A DNA stretch of 64,000 nt. Origin: Octopus vulgaris. Its lineage: Eukaryota. The notes under the pieces were generated by a model. The model saw only the letters and a list, made by a program, of their open reading frames with translations, was not told the DNA's origin and did no database searches. The stretch lies in NCBI GenBank assembly GCA_951406725.2, contig OX597835.1, positions 36,890,001-36,954,000 of the forward strand, given 5' to 3'. Both the position numbers and the translations under genes were made by a program. Positions 40,480-53,487 of this stretch are shown in pieces; the stretch's first letter is position 1, and every line of letters begins with the position of its first letter.

Positions 40480-40952
40480 AAATGATCACACCATCAATGG
40501 AAAATTTCAATGCCAACTTCCTAAGGCAGTTATGAAAGGCTGTCAAGACCAAACACCCAGAAAAACTGATGAATAGGGTCTTGTTTCATTAGGACAATGC
40601 TTCAGCACACAAGTCCTTGGTTTCAATGGCTGCTGTGTGTGACTGGCTTTGAACTGGTTGATCACCCTCCCTATGTTAGTGATTTGGTTCCTTCTGGTTA
40701 TCATCTGTTTCCCAACATAGAAAAACACTCAGCTGAGAACCAGTATCACTATGATGAGAACATCTTATCTGTTGTTGATGACCATTTTGATCAACAGAGA
40801 AGCTTCTTCACCAGTGCGATCCAAGCACTGCAACTACTTATGGAAGTGTGTGGACAGTAAGAGGAGGTATGTTAGAAAATGAACTTCATTTGGTCACATT
40901 CCATTGCTCACATTCCATTGCTCAGATTATGAACATTTCAGCCGACCCTCAT
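40480..40952 (+). mobile_element. Degenerate mariner 3' fragment
   Basis: DNASAH and HPPYVSDLVPSGYHLFP motifs; TIR-like end ..CCGACCCTCATA. Confidence 0.75.
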
Positions 40953-41559
40953 AATAATAAAAATTATTATTATACCTGCATTTGTTTTAATGTTAACATT
41001 GGAAAAATCCACGTTTTTCATAAAAAAATTAGGACCTGGGTTTGCACCCCCTTAGCAAATTTTGTTGCTGGGCCACTGCTGCTAGTTCCAAATTCTAAAC
41101 TGCATTTGCCAAAGCATGGCAATCTAGAGATTGCCATTCTTTCTGCTCATCATCCGGAATGCTGTCTTCTAAATGAAAGCGTACATTTTTAAAGAATGCA
41201 AGAACTGACCTAAATTCTTCATCGAAATGAATGCAAAAATCTCTTTCATATTTCCACTCTAGTGAACTGAATCACCAAGATATTATAATTGTAATTAGTT
41301 AAGTTTTGCTTTGACATTGTGCCAATGCTTCTACTGTGTTCAAACAAGTTTTCTGCAGATATTCTACAGAAAGTTGATAAATTATACAAAACCTCATCAA
41401 GAATTCTTAGTACACTTCTTTGTGGTGGATCAGGGAGAATCTTGACATAGTAATTACTTAATGGGTCATAGCACTCACTTACCTGCTAATCACATAGTCA
41501 CCACCACCACCACCACCACTACTACCACCACCACCTCCAACCCCAGACTACTCTCCTCC

Positions 41560-42090
41560 TATTCATCTTCTCCACCTCCCTCCTTCACTCCACCTCCTTC
41601 ATTCCTTCCACCCCTTCATTCCCTCCACCTCCTTCTTTGCCTCCTCTTCCTCCTCCTTCTGACCCTCCACCCCTTCCTTCTATCCACCTCCTTCATTCCC
41701 TCCACCTCCTTCCTTTCTTCCACCTCCTTCCATCCCTTCCACCTCCTTCCCTCTATCCCTTCCTTTATTCCCTCCACCCCCTTCCTTTCTTCCACCTCCT
41801 TCCATCCCTTCCACCTCCTTCCCTCCCTCCTCCTCCTTCTGTCCCTCCACTCTTTCCTTCTCTCCACCTCCTTCCTTTCCTCCACCCTTCTCTTCTCTCC
41901 ACTTCCTTCATTCCTTCCACCTCCTTCCATCTCTCCACCTCCTTCCTTCCCTCCCTCCTCCTACTCCTTCTGTCTCCACCCTTTTCTTCCCTCTACCTGC
42001 TTCCTTCCCTCCACCTGCTTCCTTCCCTCCCTCCTCCTCCTTCTGTCCCTCCACCCTTTCCTCCACCTCCTTCCCTTCTCCTCCTCCTCA
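41560..42090. repeat. Imperfect C/T-rich (TCCACCTCCTTCC) low-complexity repeat
   Basis: Direct reading. Confidence 0.85.
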
Positions 42091-43227
42091 TCATTGTTAT
42101 CATCATTGTCACCATCATAGTCGTCAGCACCACCACCACCATCATGACTTAACACCTGTTTCCCATACTGGTGAACCAGGTAACTGCATGATGCTCTATT
42201 GTCTGCTTTGTCATGCTTTCTACAGCTGAATGCCTTTTCTAATGTCAATCACTTTACAGAGTGGAATTGGTGCTTTTCACATGGTTCTGGCACTAATGGG
42301 GTTACCAGGCAGATCACAAAACAAAATTTCCTCCAGTGAGGAGATACAGTATCAAGGGAAGTGGCTTTAAACTAGAAACGAGAGGTTAAGGTATGATAAA
42401 GGGACAAAAACAAGTGTCTTGCTGTAGGCGAGGTACACAGCTACCCTAGTAGGAAGAAATGGCAGATGGTTGTGAAGGGGCATCAGGGTGCAGCCTTAAG
42501 TTAGAGGAAGGTGAATAAAAGAGAAGTGGTATGGGTGGATAAGTAAGTTTGTGGGAGAGTAGGTGATGACTGGCAGATGGACCAAAGGGAATGCAGTGAG
42601 TGGTGAAGGAAGCAAAGTCAGTTGTGAGTATTTATTGGAGGAGAAGGTGGAGGATAAAGATGTGGATCAGAGAAGTAACAGGTCATCACCATCATCATCA
42701 TCATCATCATCATCATTTGGTGCCCGGTTTCCATGTTGGCATGGGTTGGACAGTTTGACAGGAACTGACAAGTCAGAAGACTACACCAGGCTTCAGTGTC
42801 TGTTTTGGTAGGGTTTTTACGACTGGATGCCCTTCCTAACGAACCACCCCACAGAGTGGACCAAGTGCTTTTTACATGGCTCCAGCACCACCGAGGTCTG
42901 TGTTGACATGGATTTTACTACTGGATGTCCTTCCAAATACCAAATACCACTTTGCAATGTGGACTGGATGCTTTTTATGTGGCACCAGCACAGGCAGGGT
43001 CACCAAGTAACATGCAAGACAAAGATCATTTGAGAGGTTGGGTATTGGAGGAGGTGGCCTTGTACCAGGTGATGAGAAGTTAGAGTGTGACAGACGGATA
43101 GAAGCAGGTGTCTTGCTGTAGAGGATATACCCATTCAGAGGTGGTAGCAATATTGTACTAATACACAACAATTCCTTGTTACTGTAAAATGCCTTGAAAA
43201 CTGCCACATAATAAACTGCATAATAAA

Positions 43228-44379
43228 CTTCATTCTTGATCACTCTTTATTCTTGATCACTCTTCATTCTTGATCACTCTGCATTCTTGATCACTCTTCA
43301 TTCTTGATCACTCTTCATTCTTGATCACTCTTCATTCTTGATTACTCTTCATTCTTGATCACTCTTCATTCTCGATTACTCTTCATTCTTGATTACTCTT
43401 CATTCTTGATTACTCTTCATTCTTGATCACTCTTCATTCTCGATTACTCTTCATTCTTGATTACTCTTCATTCTTGATTACTCTTCATTCTTGATTACTC
43501 TTCATTCTTGATCACTCTTCATTCTCGATTACTCTTCATTCTTGATCACTCTTCATTCTCGATTACTCTTCATTCTTGATTACTCTTCATTCTTGATTAC
43601 TCTTCATTCTTGATTACTCTTCATTCTTGATTACTCTTCATTCTTGATCACTCTTCATTCTCGATTACTCTTCATTCTTGATTACTCTTCATTCTTGATT
43701 ACTCTTCATTCTTGATCACTCTTCATTCTTGATTACTCTTCATTCTTGATTACTCTTCATTCTTGATCACTCTTCATTCTCGATTACTCTTCATTCTTGA
43801 TTACTCTTCATTCTTGATTACTCTTCATTCTTGATCACTCTTCATTCTCGATTACTCTTCATTCTTGATTACTCTTCATTCTTGATCACTCTTCATTCTT
43901 GATCACTCTTCATTCTCGATTACTCTTCATTCTTGATTACTCTTCATTCTTGATCACTCTTCATTCTCGGTCACTCTTCATTCTCGATCACTCTTCATTC
44001 TTGGTTGCTCTTCATTCTCGATCACTCTTCATTCTTGATCACTCTTCATTCTTGATTACTCTTCATTCTTGATCACTCTTCATTCTCGATTACTCTTCAT
44101 TCTTGATTACTCTTCATTCTTGATCACTCTTCATTCTTGATCACTCTTCATTCTTGGTTACTCTTCATTCTCGATCACTCTTCATTCTCGATCACTCTTC
44201 ATTCTTGATCACTCTTCATTCTTGATTACTCTTCATTCTTGATTACTCTTCATTCTTGATCACTCTTCATTCTCGATTACTCTTCATTCTTGATCACTCT
44301 TCATTCTTGATTACTCTTCATTCTTGATCACTCTTCATTCTTGATCACTCTTCATTCTTGATCACTCTTCATTCTTGAT
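43228..44379. repeat. 17 bp minisatellite CTTCATTCT(T/C)GAT(C/T)ACT, about 68 copies
   Basis: Continuous 17 nt periodicity over about 1150 bp. Confidence 0.97.
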
Positions 44380-44380
44380 A

Positions 44381-44414
<34 letters not shown>

Positions 44415-44845
44415 GGCTGGGTAACTATGTACCTCCTCTACAGCAAGACACCCATTTCTGTCTCTGTCACATTCTAACCTTGCATCATTTGACCCCAGGT
44501 CACCTCCTCCAATGTCCCCAACCTTCTGAAAGGTTCTTTATCTTGCAAGTTGCTTGGTGACCCTGCCAGTGCTGGTGCCGCATAAAAGCATCCAATCCAC
44601 ACTGTGAAGTGGTTGGCATTTGGAAGGACCTCCATCCAGTTGTAGAAACCATGCCAAAGCTGATCTCTTCTTGTGGAACCCACTGTCCACTCTGTGGAGT
44701 GGTTGGAAGGGCATCCAGCTGTAAAAACCTTGCCAAAACAGACACAAAAGCCTGGTGTAGTCTTCTGCCTGGCTGGCTCCTGTCAACCTGTCCAACCCAT
44801 GCCTGGATGGAAGGCAGACGTTAAACCATGATGATGTGTAACATA

Positions 44846-45010
44846 GGCGCAGGAGTGGCTGTGTGGTAAGTAGCCTGTTTACCAACCACATGGTTCCGGG
44901 TTCAGTTCCACTGTGTGGCACCTTGGGCAAGTGTCTTCTACTATAGCCTCGGGCCGACCAAAGCCTTGTGAGTGGATTTGGTAGACGGAAACTGAAAGAA
45001 GCCCGTCGTA

Positions 45011-45041
<31 letters not shown>

Positions 45042-45263
45042 GCATGTGTGTGTTTGTGTGTCTGTGTTTGTCCCCCTAGCATTGCTTGACAACCGATGCT
45101 GGTGTGTTTATGTCCCCGTCACTTAGCGGTTCAGCAAAAGAGACCGATAGAATAAGTACTGGGCTTACAAAAGAATAAGTCCCGGGGTCGATTTGCTTGA
45201 CTAAAGGTGGTGCTCCAGCATGGCCGCAGTCAAATGACTGAAACAAGTAAAAGAGTAAAGAGT
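44846..45263 (+). mobile_element. Full-length SINE family B (most abundant family in the window)
   Basis: Head TGGCTGTGTGGTAAG..GGTTCAGTTCC, core CACCTTGGGCAAGTG, internal (TA)n(TG)n, tail ..GACTGAAACAAGTAAAAGAG; many partial copies on both strands. Confidence 0.88.
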
Positions 45264-45559
45264 ATAAGGTTGCCATGGTGGTGATGATGATGATGATGGT
45301 GGTGTTGGTGTTGGTGATGACAATGTCAACAACGTCAATGACGACAATAATGATGACGACAGCAATGACAATGACAACAACAGAGTTTCCAAAGTCTTCA
45401 TTATTGACATTTTATTCCATGTTTCACCCAAACCAAAATCTTCAAAGCTACTCCGAAAGAAGTGGTTTTTATTTTGTTTTATTTTACTTTTTTTTTGTTC
45501 TTTCTTTTTTCTCATCTTAGAATTGTTGTTACCCCCATTATTTTTCCTAGCATTACTCA

Positions 45560-46385
45560 TGTTCCATCCAATGTTTACATTACCATTCTTTGAAGGTCAA
45601 GATTCTTGTTGTAGACACAAAAAATTTTTTATTGCTTCCTCAACAATCCTGAAATTGTCACTAGCAGTTTACATCAAAATACCAGCAAATACAGTCTTAT
45701 AAAAGATTTTCATTTCCTGGTCTGTATTTGACATAGAATATTACCATTTTTTCAATGGTTAATATTAGTATTTTGATCAACAATCAACACGAAGAATGCA
45801 GATTTCCTCAACTCTTTGAACAACAACACTGATGTATTCAACAAATTTCAAAGCATAGTTCTTGTCATGACAACTTTGAGGAATATTCACATATTTGGCC
45901 AAGTGTAAATTAATTCCTTGAATAGGATGCATTGAAGTATTCATTTCAACTGCTGGAATAACATTATCCACAAGAACTATAAGCAAAGCTGCTCTCAATT
46001 TCTTCTTCCAGGCCTCTTGTACTACTCCAGATTTTCGCTCAATTGGAGTTTCTGTTAGTATTCTAAAAATAGTTCCTTCCTTTAGGTTTCCAAATTTGCT
46101 TCTAGCATCCAGATGACGATATTGGTTGAAATGCCATTTTAATAATCCAACTCCCATACTAACTGATTCTTCTCTGAGGTATATTTGCTTTGACACAAAT
46201 TCTAATGCATAACATCATCAACATCTTAATATATTCCATTCTGTTTTTAACCTGAAGATGGTTATGCAGTTTCTCCAAAATGTCAACGTCAGTCTTGTTT
46301 GAAATTGGAGACCTTTTTGAGAGATTTCCTGGATTCTTTGCAAGCTTGCATTGAATTTGTGACAAAATTTCTTCTGTCATGTAAC
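45560..46385 (-). pseudogene. Unidentified degenerate coding-like segment
   Basis: Two overlapping non-repetitive ORFs (46159-46380, 45777-46196) that a frameshift would join; no motif recognised. Confidence 0.35.
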
Positions 46386-47046
46386 GTTAATGTGAATTTC
46401 ATTCAAAGGTCAAGACAGTAACACAGTGACACACGCACGCACGCACGCATGCACACACACACACACACACATACACACACACACGCGCACACACACACAA
46501 AACGGAATTCTTTTGGTTTCTGAATGCCAAACTCACTCACAAGGCAGTGGTTGGCCTGAGGCTGTAGAAGATGACTCTTGCTCAATGTGTCATGCAGTAG
46601 GAACTGAACCCAAGACCATGTGTTTTGGAAGCAAACTTCTTACCACACAGCCATGCCCTTACACAACACACACACACACACACACATAAATACACACACA
46701 CACACTCACACATCATCATCATTTAATGCCCATCCTTTTTTTCTTTTACTTGTTTCAGTCATTTGATTGTGGCCATGCTGGAACACCATCTTGAAGGAAT
46801 TTTAGTCAAAGAAATCAACCCCAGTACTTAATTTTTAAAGTCAGGTACATATTCTATCGTTCCCTTTTGCCAAACCACTAAGTTATGGGGACATAAACAC
46901 ACCAACACTGGTTGTCAAGCAGAAATGATTGGACAAACACTGATGCAATGACAAACAGATATAGACATTCAAAATGTGGCCGCGTGTGTACCGTTGGCGA
47001 TTTTTTTTCCTCTGTCTTCCCTTCTCTGGATCTTTCCTTCTCCTAT

Positions 47047-47081
47047 GTTTCTGACGAAGAGCTCCACTCGAAACGTTAAAC
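47047..47081 (+). ncRNA. Minimal type I hammerhead ribozyme, intact core, in a Penelope pLTR-like element (about 46968-47185)
   Basis: GTTT-CTGACGA-A-GAG ctcca CTC-GAAAC-GTT-AAAC; self-complementary AACGTT stem III. Confidence 0.78.
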
Positions 47082-47186
47082 CCTCCTTCATCCCTTCCTT
47101 CCTGAGCGTCCAATAACACTATACTTGTTCCACGTCCTCGCATTGTTGTGTTTTCTCTTTGTGTTTTCATGTTTGGATTAACTTTA

Positions 47187-47246
<60 letters not shown>

Positions 47247-48291
47247 TACATGTGATGGGCTTCTTTTAGTTTTCACCTACCAATTCCATTCACAAGGCTT
47301 TCGTCGACCCAAGGCTATAGTAAAAGATACTCGCCCAAGGAGCTATGCAGTGGGACTGAACCTGGAAACATGTGGTTGGGAAGCAAGCTTCTTACCACGC
47401 AGCCACTTCTATACACACACACACATAAAAGATTTTGGTGACCCCATAAAAGATTATGTAATTCAAAATATAAACAATAACAAACCATAAAATAATTTTT
47501 TTGTTTTTCAAAACGAAACAAAACAGTAAAAGAGGGAAAATAATGTTTATTTTTGTATACTTCCACTTTATTTATATTTGAAAAGTTTCCTCCTACATTT
47601 TTTGAATTGCAAAGTCTTTGAATCAGATCCTCAAAATTAATCTTAGGTAACATATCTGCATCTATACTTAGTAGAGATAAAGGTATCCCGAATATTATTT
47701 AAGTGAGTTTAAAGTGATTTCTTTCGTGCCGTAGACCATATACCATTTCTGTGGTTCCTCCTCCTTCCCTTGATGCCCTAAGCACAAGCCTAATGGTTAA
47801 TCCAGCGCTGTGTGTATGTATGTATGTATGTATGTATGTATGTATGTATGTATGTATGTATGTATGTATGTATGTATGTGTGTGTGTATGTATGTATGTG
47901 TGTATGTATGTGTGTGTATGTATGTATGTATGTATGTATATATATATATATATGTATGTATATGTGTGTGTGTGTGTGTGTATGTATGTATATATGTATG
48001 TATGTGTATGTATATATGTATGTATGTGTATGTATGTACGTACGTATGTATGTATATTCTTATGCCATAAGATTCATAAGGCTGGTTTCCTGGTTTCCAT
48101 GGCATATAAAAGACTGATGTTGCAACCTTCCTCTAAATGGAATTCCAGTCCATTGCAATGTGCAGGTACATGAGCAGTTATTTTAAATGAGGCTATATAT
48201 AATATATGTATACAAACACACACACACACACACATATATTTGTATACAAATATATATATGTGTGTATAAATACATACATACATACATACAT

Positions 48292-48346
<55 letters not shown>

Positions 48347-48750
48347 CATACATAGGTGCAGGCATGGCTGTGTGGTAAAAAGCTTGCTTCCCAAACACAT
48401 GGTTCTGGGTTCAATTCCCTGTGTGGCATTTTGGGCAATTCTTTTCTACTCTAGACACAAGGCCCGAAATTTTGGAGGAGAGGGCCATTTGATTAGATCG
48501 ACTCCAGTATGCAACTGGTACTTAATTTATCGACCTCCTAAAGGATGAAAGGCAAAGCCGACCTCGGCGGAATTTGAACTCAGAACATAAAGACAGATGA
48601 AATACCACTAAGCATTTCGCGTGGTGTGCTAAGGCATCTGCCAGCTCGCTGATCTCATCTACTATAGCCTTGAGACAACCAAAGCCTTGGGAGAGGGTTT
48701 GGTAGATGGAAACTGGAAGAAGCCCATCATATACAAACATACATATATAT

Positions 48751-48804
<54 letters not shown>

Positions 48805-49077
48805 TTATATTTATGTTTGTGTTTTTGTGTCTGTATTTGTCCCTCCCCACCATCGCTTGACAACCAATGTTGGTGTGTTTACATCTCCAAAACTTAACAG
48901 TTCGGCAAGTTGGTTTCTTAAACTAAAAGGTGGCGCTCCAGCATGGCACCTATCAAATGACTGAAACAAGTAAAAGAGTAAAAGAGTAAAGAGTATATAT
49001 ATATTAATAATAAAATGGCAACAAAAGAATGAATGAGACCTTGATATTATGTAAATAGAGGAATTTATGTATGTGCA

Positions 49078-49135
<58 letters not shown>

Positions 49136-49668
49136 CATATACATACACACACACACACGCATAACCGAAGTAAATAGACACCGTTATAATCGTTAAAATT
49201 TATTTAAATCTGAAATTATACATTCAAATTATTTATTGATTATTATAATCTGAATATCTAATATTCAGTAGACACACCCTTTTGCATTTTTCAATGCAAG
49301 GACTCCATTAGACATGCTACTGATCAAATGATGAATATTCGCTTCAGGAATTTCTTGCCAAGTTTCATGTAGCAATCTCAAAAGATTTGGCTCTGAGGAG
49401 GCTTCTTGCTCTTTTTACAAAATGTCCTGTCCATTGTGCCCCAGATGTGTTCAATAGGATTCATATCTGGTGACTAGCTTGGCCATGGAAGCTTTTTAAT
49501 GTCATTCTCTTCCAACCAATCATGGGTTTTTTTTAGATGTGTTACAAGAAGTCCCATCTTCCATAAATAATCATTTTACCACTGGAGAAGACTGGAATGA
49601 ATCCCTTTTGCAATATGGACATATATTTATTTGAGTTTATGTTTCCCTCACACTCCACCAGCTCTGAT

Positions 49669-50002
49669 TCACAGTTGGAGGATCGCGGTTTCGATTCCCA
49701 GACCGGGCGTTGTGTGTGTTTATTGAGCAAAAACACCTAAAGCTCCACCAGGCTCCAGCAGGGGGTGGTAGCGACCCCTATTGTACTCTTTCGCTCCAAC
49801 CTTCTCTCACTCTTTCTTCCTGTTTCTTGTCCCCGACTTCCTACGCAACCACTGAGCCTGGATGCACGTTCATCCATCCGTCGATGCTCTCGGTGTTGGG
49901 GGTTGACCTGCTTTCTCTTCTGCGGGTCTTATGAATAGCAAAGGACCACGTTTTGAACTTCTCCCACTGGGACGAAGACCACTTCACTCAACAAACAAAC
50001 AA
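49669..50002 (+). mobile_element. 5'-truncated SINE family A, tail variant 3
   Basis: TSD ACCAGCTCTGAT at 49657-49668 and 50003-50014; (CAAA)n end; fuller copy at 63189-63592. Confidence 0.85.
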
Positions 50003-50493
50003 ACCAGCTCTGATCAACCATTGCTCCAAATTGCTCCCCAGACCATCACAGAATAGCCATTGTGTTTCATTGCTGGCTGCAATCTTTTCACATCAAATTC
50101 TTGACTACACAGTCTCTTGACCCACACTCAACTGCTGTCAGAAAATACAGCAAATCTGAACTCATCACAGAATATGGCAGCGTCCCAAAATGCTGGTGGC
50201 CTCTCCACCATCTCACTGGCCTAAACTCTTCTCCACTTGATATTGGCTTGTTAAAGAAGTGGCTTCCTTCTTGCTGCTCTGCCATAGTAACCAAGTTTGT
50301 AGAGATACTTGACATCAACTTTTTCTGCTATGTTAAAGGCCTTGCAACAAGAATTATCCTACACACTTCTCTTAACAAAGTGAAGGGTCCTGTCAGAGGG
50401 CCCTGGTCAACCTGGATGAGGTGATGTGGACTCCTTCCCTTCTCCGGTGAATTGCACAGTCACTCTATTAACTGTAAAAATTGGGACTCCAAA

Positions 50494-50955
50494 AGGTGGT
50501 GAGCTGGCAGAAACGTTAGCACGCTGGGTGAAATGCTTAGCAGTATTTCATCTGCCATTACGTTCTGAGTTCAAATTCCACCGAGGTCGACTTTGCCTTT
50601 CATCCTTTCGGGGTCGATAAATTAAGTACCAGTTATGCACTGGGGTCAATATAATCGACTTAATCCGTTTGTCTGTCCTTGTTTGTCCCCTCTGTGTTTA
50701 GCCCCTTGTGGGTAGTAAAGAACTAGGTATTTCATCTGCTGTTACATTCTGAGTTCAAATTCCGCCGGGCAAAATGCTTAGCAGTATTTCATCTGCCATT
50801 ACGTTCTGAGGTCGACTTTGCCTTTCATCCTTTCGGGATCGATAAATTAAGTACCAGTTACACACTGGGGTCTATGTAATCGACTTAATCCCTTTGTCTG
50901 TCCTTGTTTGTCCCCTCTATGTTTATCCCCTAGTGGGCAATAAAGAAATAAGAAA
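50494..50955 (+). mobile_element. Dimeric SINE family C
   Basis: Two core+tail units; imperfect TSD GGGACTCCAAA/GGGACCCCAAA. Confidence 0.85.
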
Positions 50956-51281
50956 CAGGGACCCCAAAGTTTTCTGTGATTTTACACTGGCAGAGTTCAC
51001 TTTCAGACTAGCTGACAATATGGCCTCTTTGAAATTCAAACAGTTCTGAGGGTTCTTTTGCATGTGTTATGATTAAACAGTCACATATAGAAATTGAACC
51101 ATAAAAATGTCAATTAACAAAAAAATATATATTTTTTCAAGTTGAAATAAAACATAAAACAATGTTTTATGGGGTGTCTATTTACTTCTGTCATGTCTGT
51201 GTATATCTACGTGGTCTGATCAATAAGTATCCAGACTGCTGCCATAGTAACTTCAAGGAATAAGGACAGTGGCCGAAGTTA

Positions 51282-51657
51282 TCTCTATATATATAAACAG
51301 CAAAATGTCTGTCTGTGTGTGTGTATGCGTGTCCTTTATACAAATCCACAATTTTTCAGTTAGAGGGCTCGCACTTTCTATGGTCATTCAAAACCGTCCA
51401 AGGGTGGTCGTTCACATCTTTACATTTCCCCAGTTAGCCTGCAAAGCCATTAAAAAATCAATAGAAGTGACTTTTTTGTGAATTTTCTATCCAAAACCCA
51501 ATCAAAATGCCCGAAACTTGATACGCCAATTGAATGCCAGCTAGCTGTATGTGATTGGTCGGAGATTTGGACAGTACTCGCGTGTATGTGTGCACACACG
51601 CAGCTGTATATGCATGCTCTAGCACTATGACCCAGCAACGCCAGGTCATAGTGCTAG
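51282..51657 (+). mobile_element. Non-autonomous Helitron
   Basis: A|TCTCTATATATATAAAC start, CTAG|T end, terminal hairpin. Confidence 0.75.
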
Positions 51658-51784
51658 TAGATCATATATTTTATTTACTGTTGCATATAACCATTAACTA
51701 ACCATGATGGGTAGGTGTGTATAATACAAGTTGGAAAGTATGTGAGGTAAAGCGTTAATTTTTCCTTGTATGAGTGTGCATAAT

Positions 51785-52183
51785 CCTTTCTACAATAGGC
51801 ACAAGGCCTGACATTTTGGGAGAGGGGACTAGTCAATTACATTGACCCCCAGTGTTTCACTGGTACTTAATTAATCGACTCCGAAAAGATGAGAAGGCAA
51901 AGTAACCTTGGCGGAATTTGAACTCAGAATATAGCAACAGACGAAATACCTATTTCTTTACTACCCACAAGGGGCTAAACTCAGAGGGGACAAACAAGGA
52001 CAGACAAACAGATTAAGTCGATTATATCGACCCCAGTGCGTAACTGGTACTTATTTAATCGACCCTGAAAGGATGAAAGGCAAAGTTGACCTCAGCGGAA
52101 TTTGAACTCAGAACGTAGCGGCAGACAAAATACCTCTAAGCATTCCGGCCGGCGTGCTAACGATTCTACCAGCTCGCCACCTT
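51785..52183 (-). mobile_element. Dimeric SINE family C
   Basis: Full unit followed by a second core unit. Confidence 0.8.
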
Positions 52184-52336
52184 AATGAGTGTATAAAATG
52201 TTCTTGTCATTCTAGCAGCAGGAAAAAGATAGACAGAGTAATGTTTGCTAGAACGGCGTTGGTGATCAAGTGAGAGATTGGAGAGGGAAGTGAAACCTCA
52301 TAACGGCCAATTGCTTTCTCTCTCATTCAGTCTGTT

Positions 52337-52449
52337 TGCCTCAGGTGTCGGCCTGCCTCAGGTGTCGGCCTGCCTCAGGTGTCGGCCTGCCTCAGGTGTC
52401 GGCCTGCCTCAGGTGTCGGCCTGCCTCAGGTGTCGGCCTGCCTCAGGTG
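52337..52449. repeat. Perfect GC-rich 17 bp tandem repeat TGCCTCAGGTGTCGGCC, about 6.6 copies
   Basis: Six identical units plus a partial. Confidence 0.95.
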
Positions 52450-52879
52450 GTCTGCTTAGAACTACCTGTATTTATAAGAATGTAGACCAGTCAGAAAAAG
52501 AGATCTATCATTTAAACAGTGGATAAATTAATGAAGGTCACTCCTTATCTACTTCAACTTTTCATGGCACAAAAAAAAGGGTTGTAACTTCGGTATAGGT
52601 ACCGGAAGTACCGGATACATTTCAAGAAAGTGTTTTTTCTCTATATTTATGGGGGGATAGGATTAGGGGTGGGGGAAAAGGGTTTCTGTTATCTTCAGAA
52701 ATGTAAACAAAGCCACTTCCGGTACTCACGGTACCTATATCGAAGGATCGCCAAAAAATGGTTTAGAGTTAAGTGGAAAACACATAAATCTGCATTCTTC
52801 CTTGACAGAACAATAGGCCATTTTGCTAGGAAGAATTTCTAGATCCGATTTTGAATCTCAGGTAGGACCAAATGAGATC

Positions 52880-53400
52880 TCTACAATTTCCGTAAACCCG
52901 AGCTCTTGAAAAAGAGGATTATGGTGACTGTTTGGTGGTGCATTGCTGGACACATCCATTATAACTTTTTAAAACCTGGAAAAATCATTACTGTAGAAAC
53001 AGGCTGCCAGGAAATTGCCAAAATGAAGGAAAAACTGCTGCTTCTTTATCCCTGATTGGTCAACATAAGAGGGCCAATCATTTTCGACCACATGTTTCAC
53101 TGATGATGCTCCAGAAGATGAGGGAACTTGGCTATGAAGTCTTTCCCCACCCAGACCTTTCCCCTACCAACTACATCTTTTTCAAGCACCTTGATGGTTT
53201 CCTGCGAGAGGAGGAGTTTGAAAATCAAGCCAGGTTCTTATGTTACCGGAATAAACAAACTTGTAACTCGTTGGCAAAAATGTGTTGATTATAATGGTAT
53301 TTACTTATTTACTTTGATGAATAAAATTTCCACATTGTTAAAATATATTGTAATGAATTTCATATTTCAAAACTTTGCTTACTTTTTACTCAGCCTGATA
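52880..53400 (+). mobile_element. Degenerate mariner 3' fragment
   Basis: MVTVWW, HPDLSPTNYIFFKHL and GINKLVTRWQKCV motifs across frames. Confidence 0.75.
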
Positions 53401-53452
53401 TGTATGTATGTATCTATGTGTATGTATGTATGTGTGTGTGTATGTATGTGTA

Positions 53453-53487
<35 letters not shown>

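Larger units (their letters stand above)
49154..51201 (-). mobile_element. Decayed full-length Tc1-like (DD34E-type) transposon interrupted by two SINEs
   Basis: 29 bp TIRs with 4 mismatches (..GAAGTAAATAGACACC); motifs FCDEFRF, SVMVWGA, WPS*SPDMNPIEHIW on minus. Confidence 0.85.
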
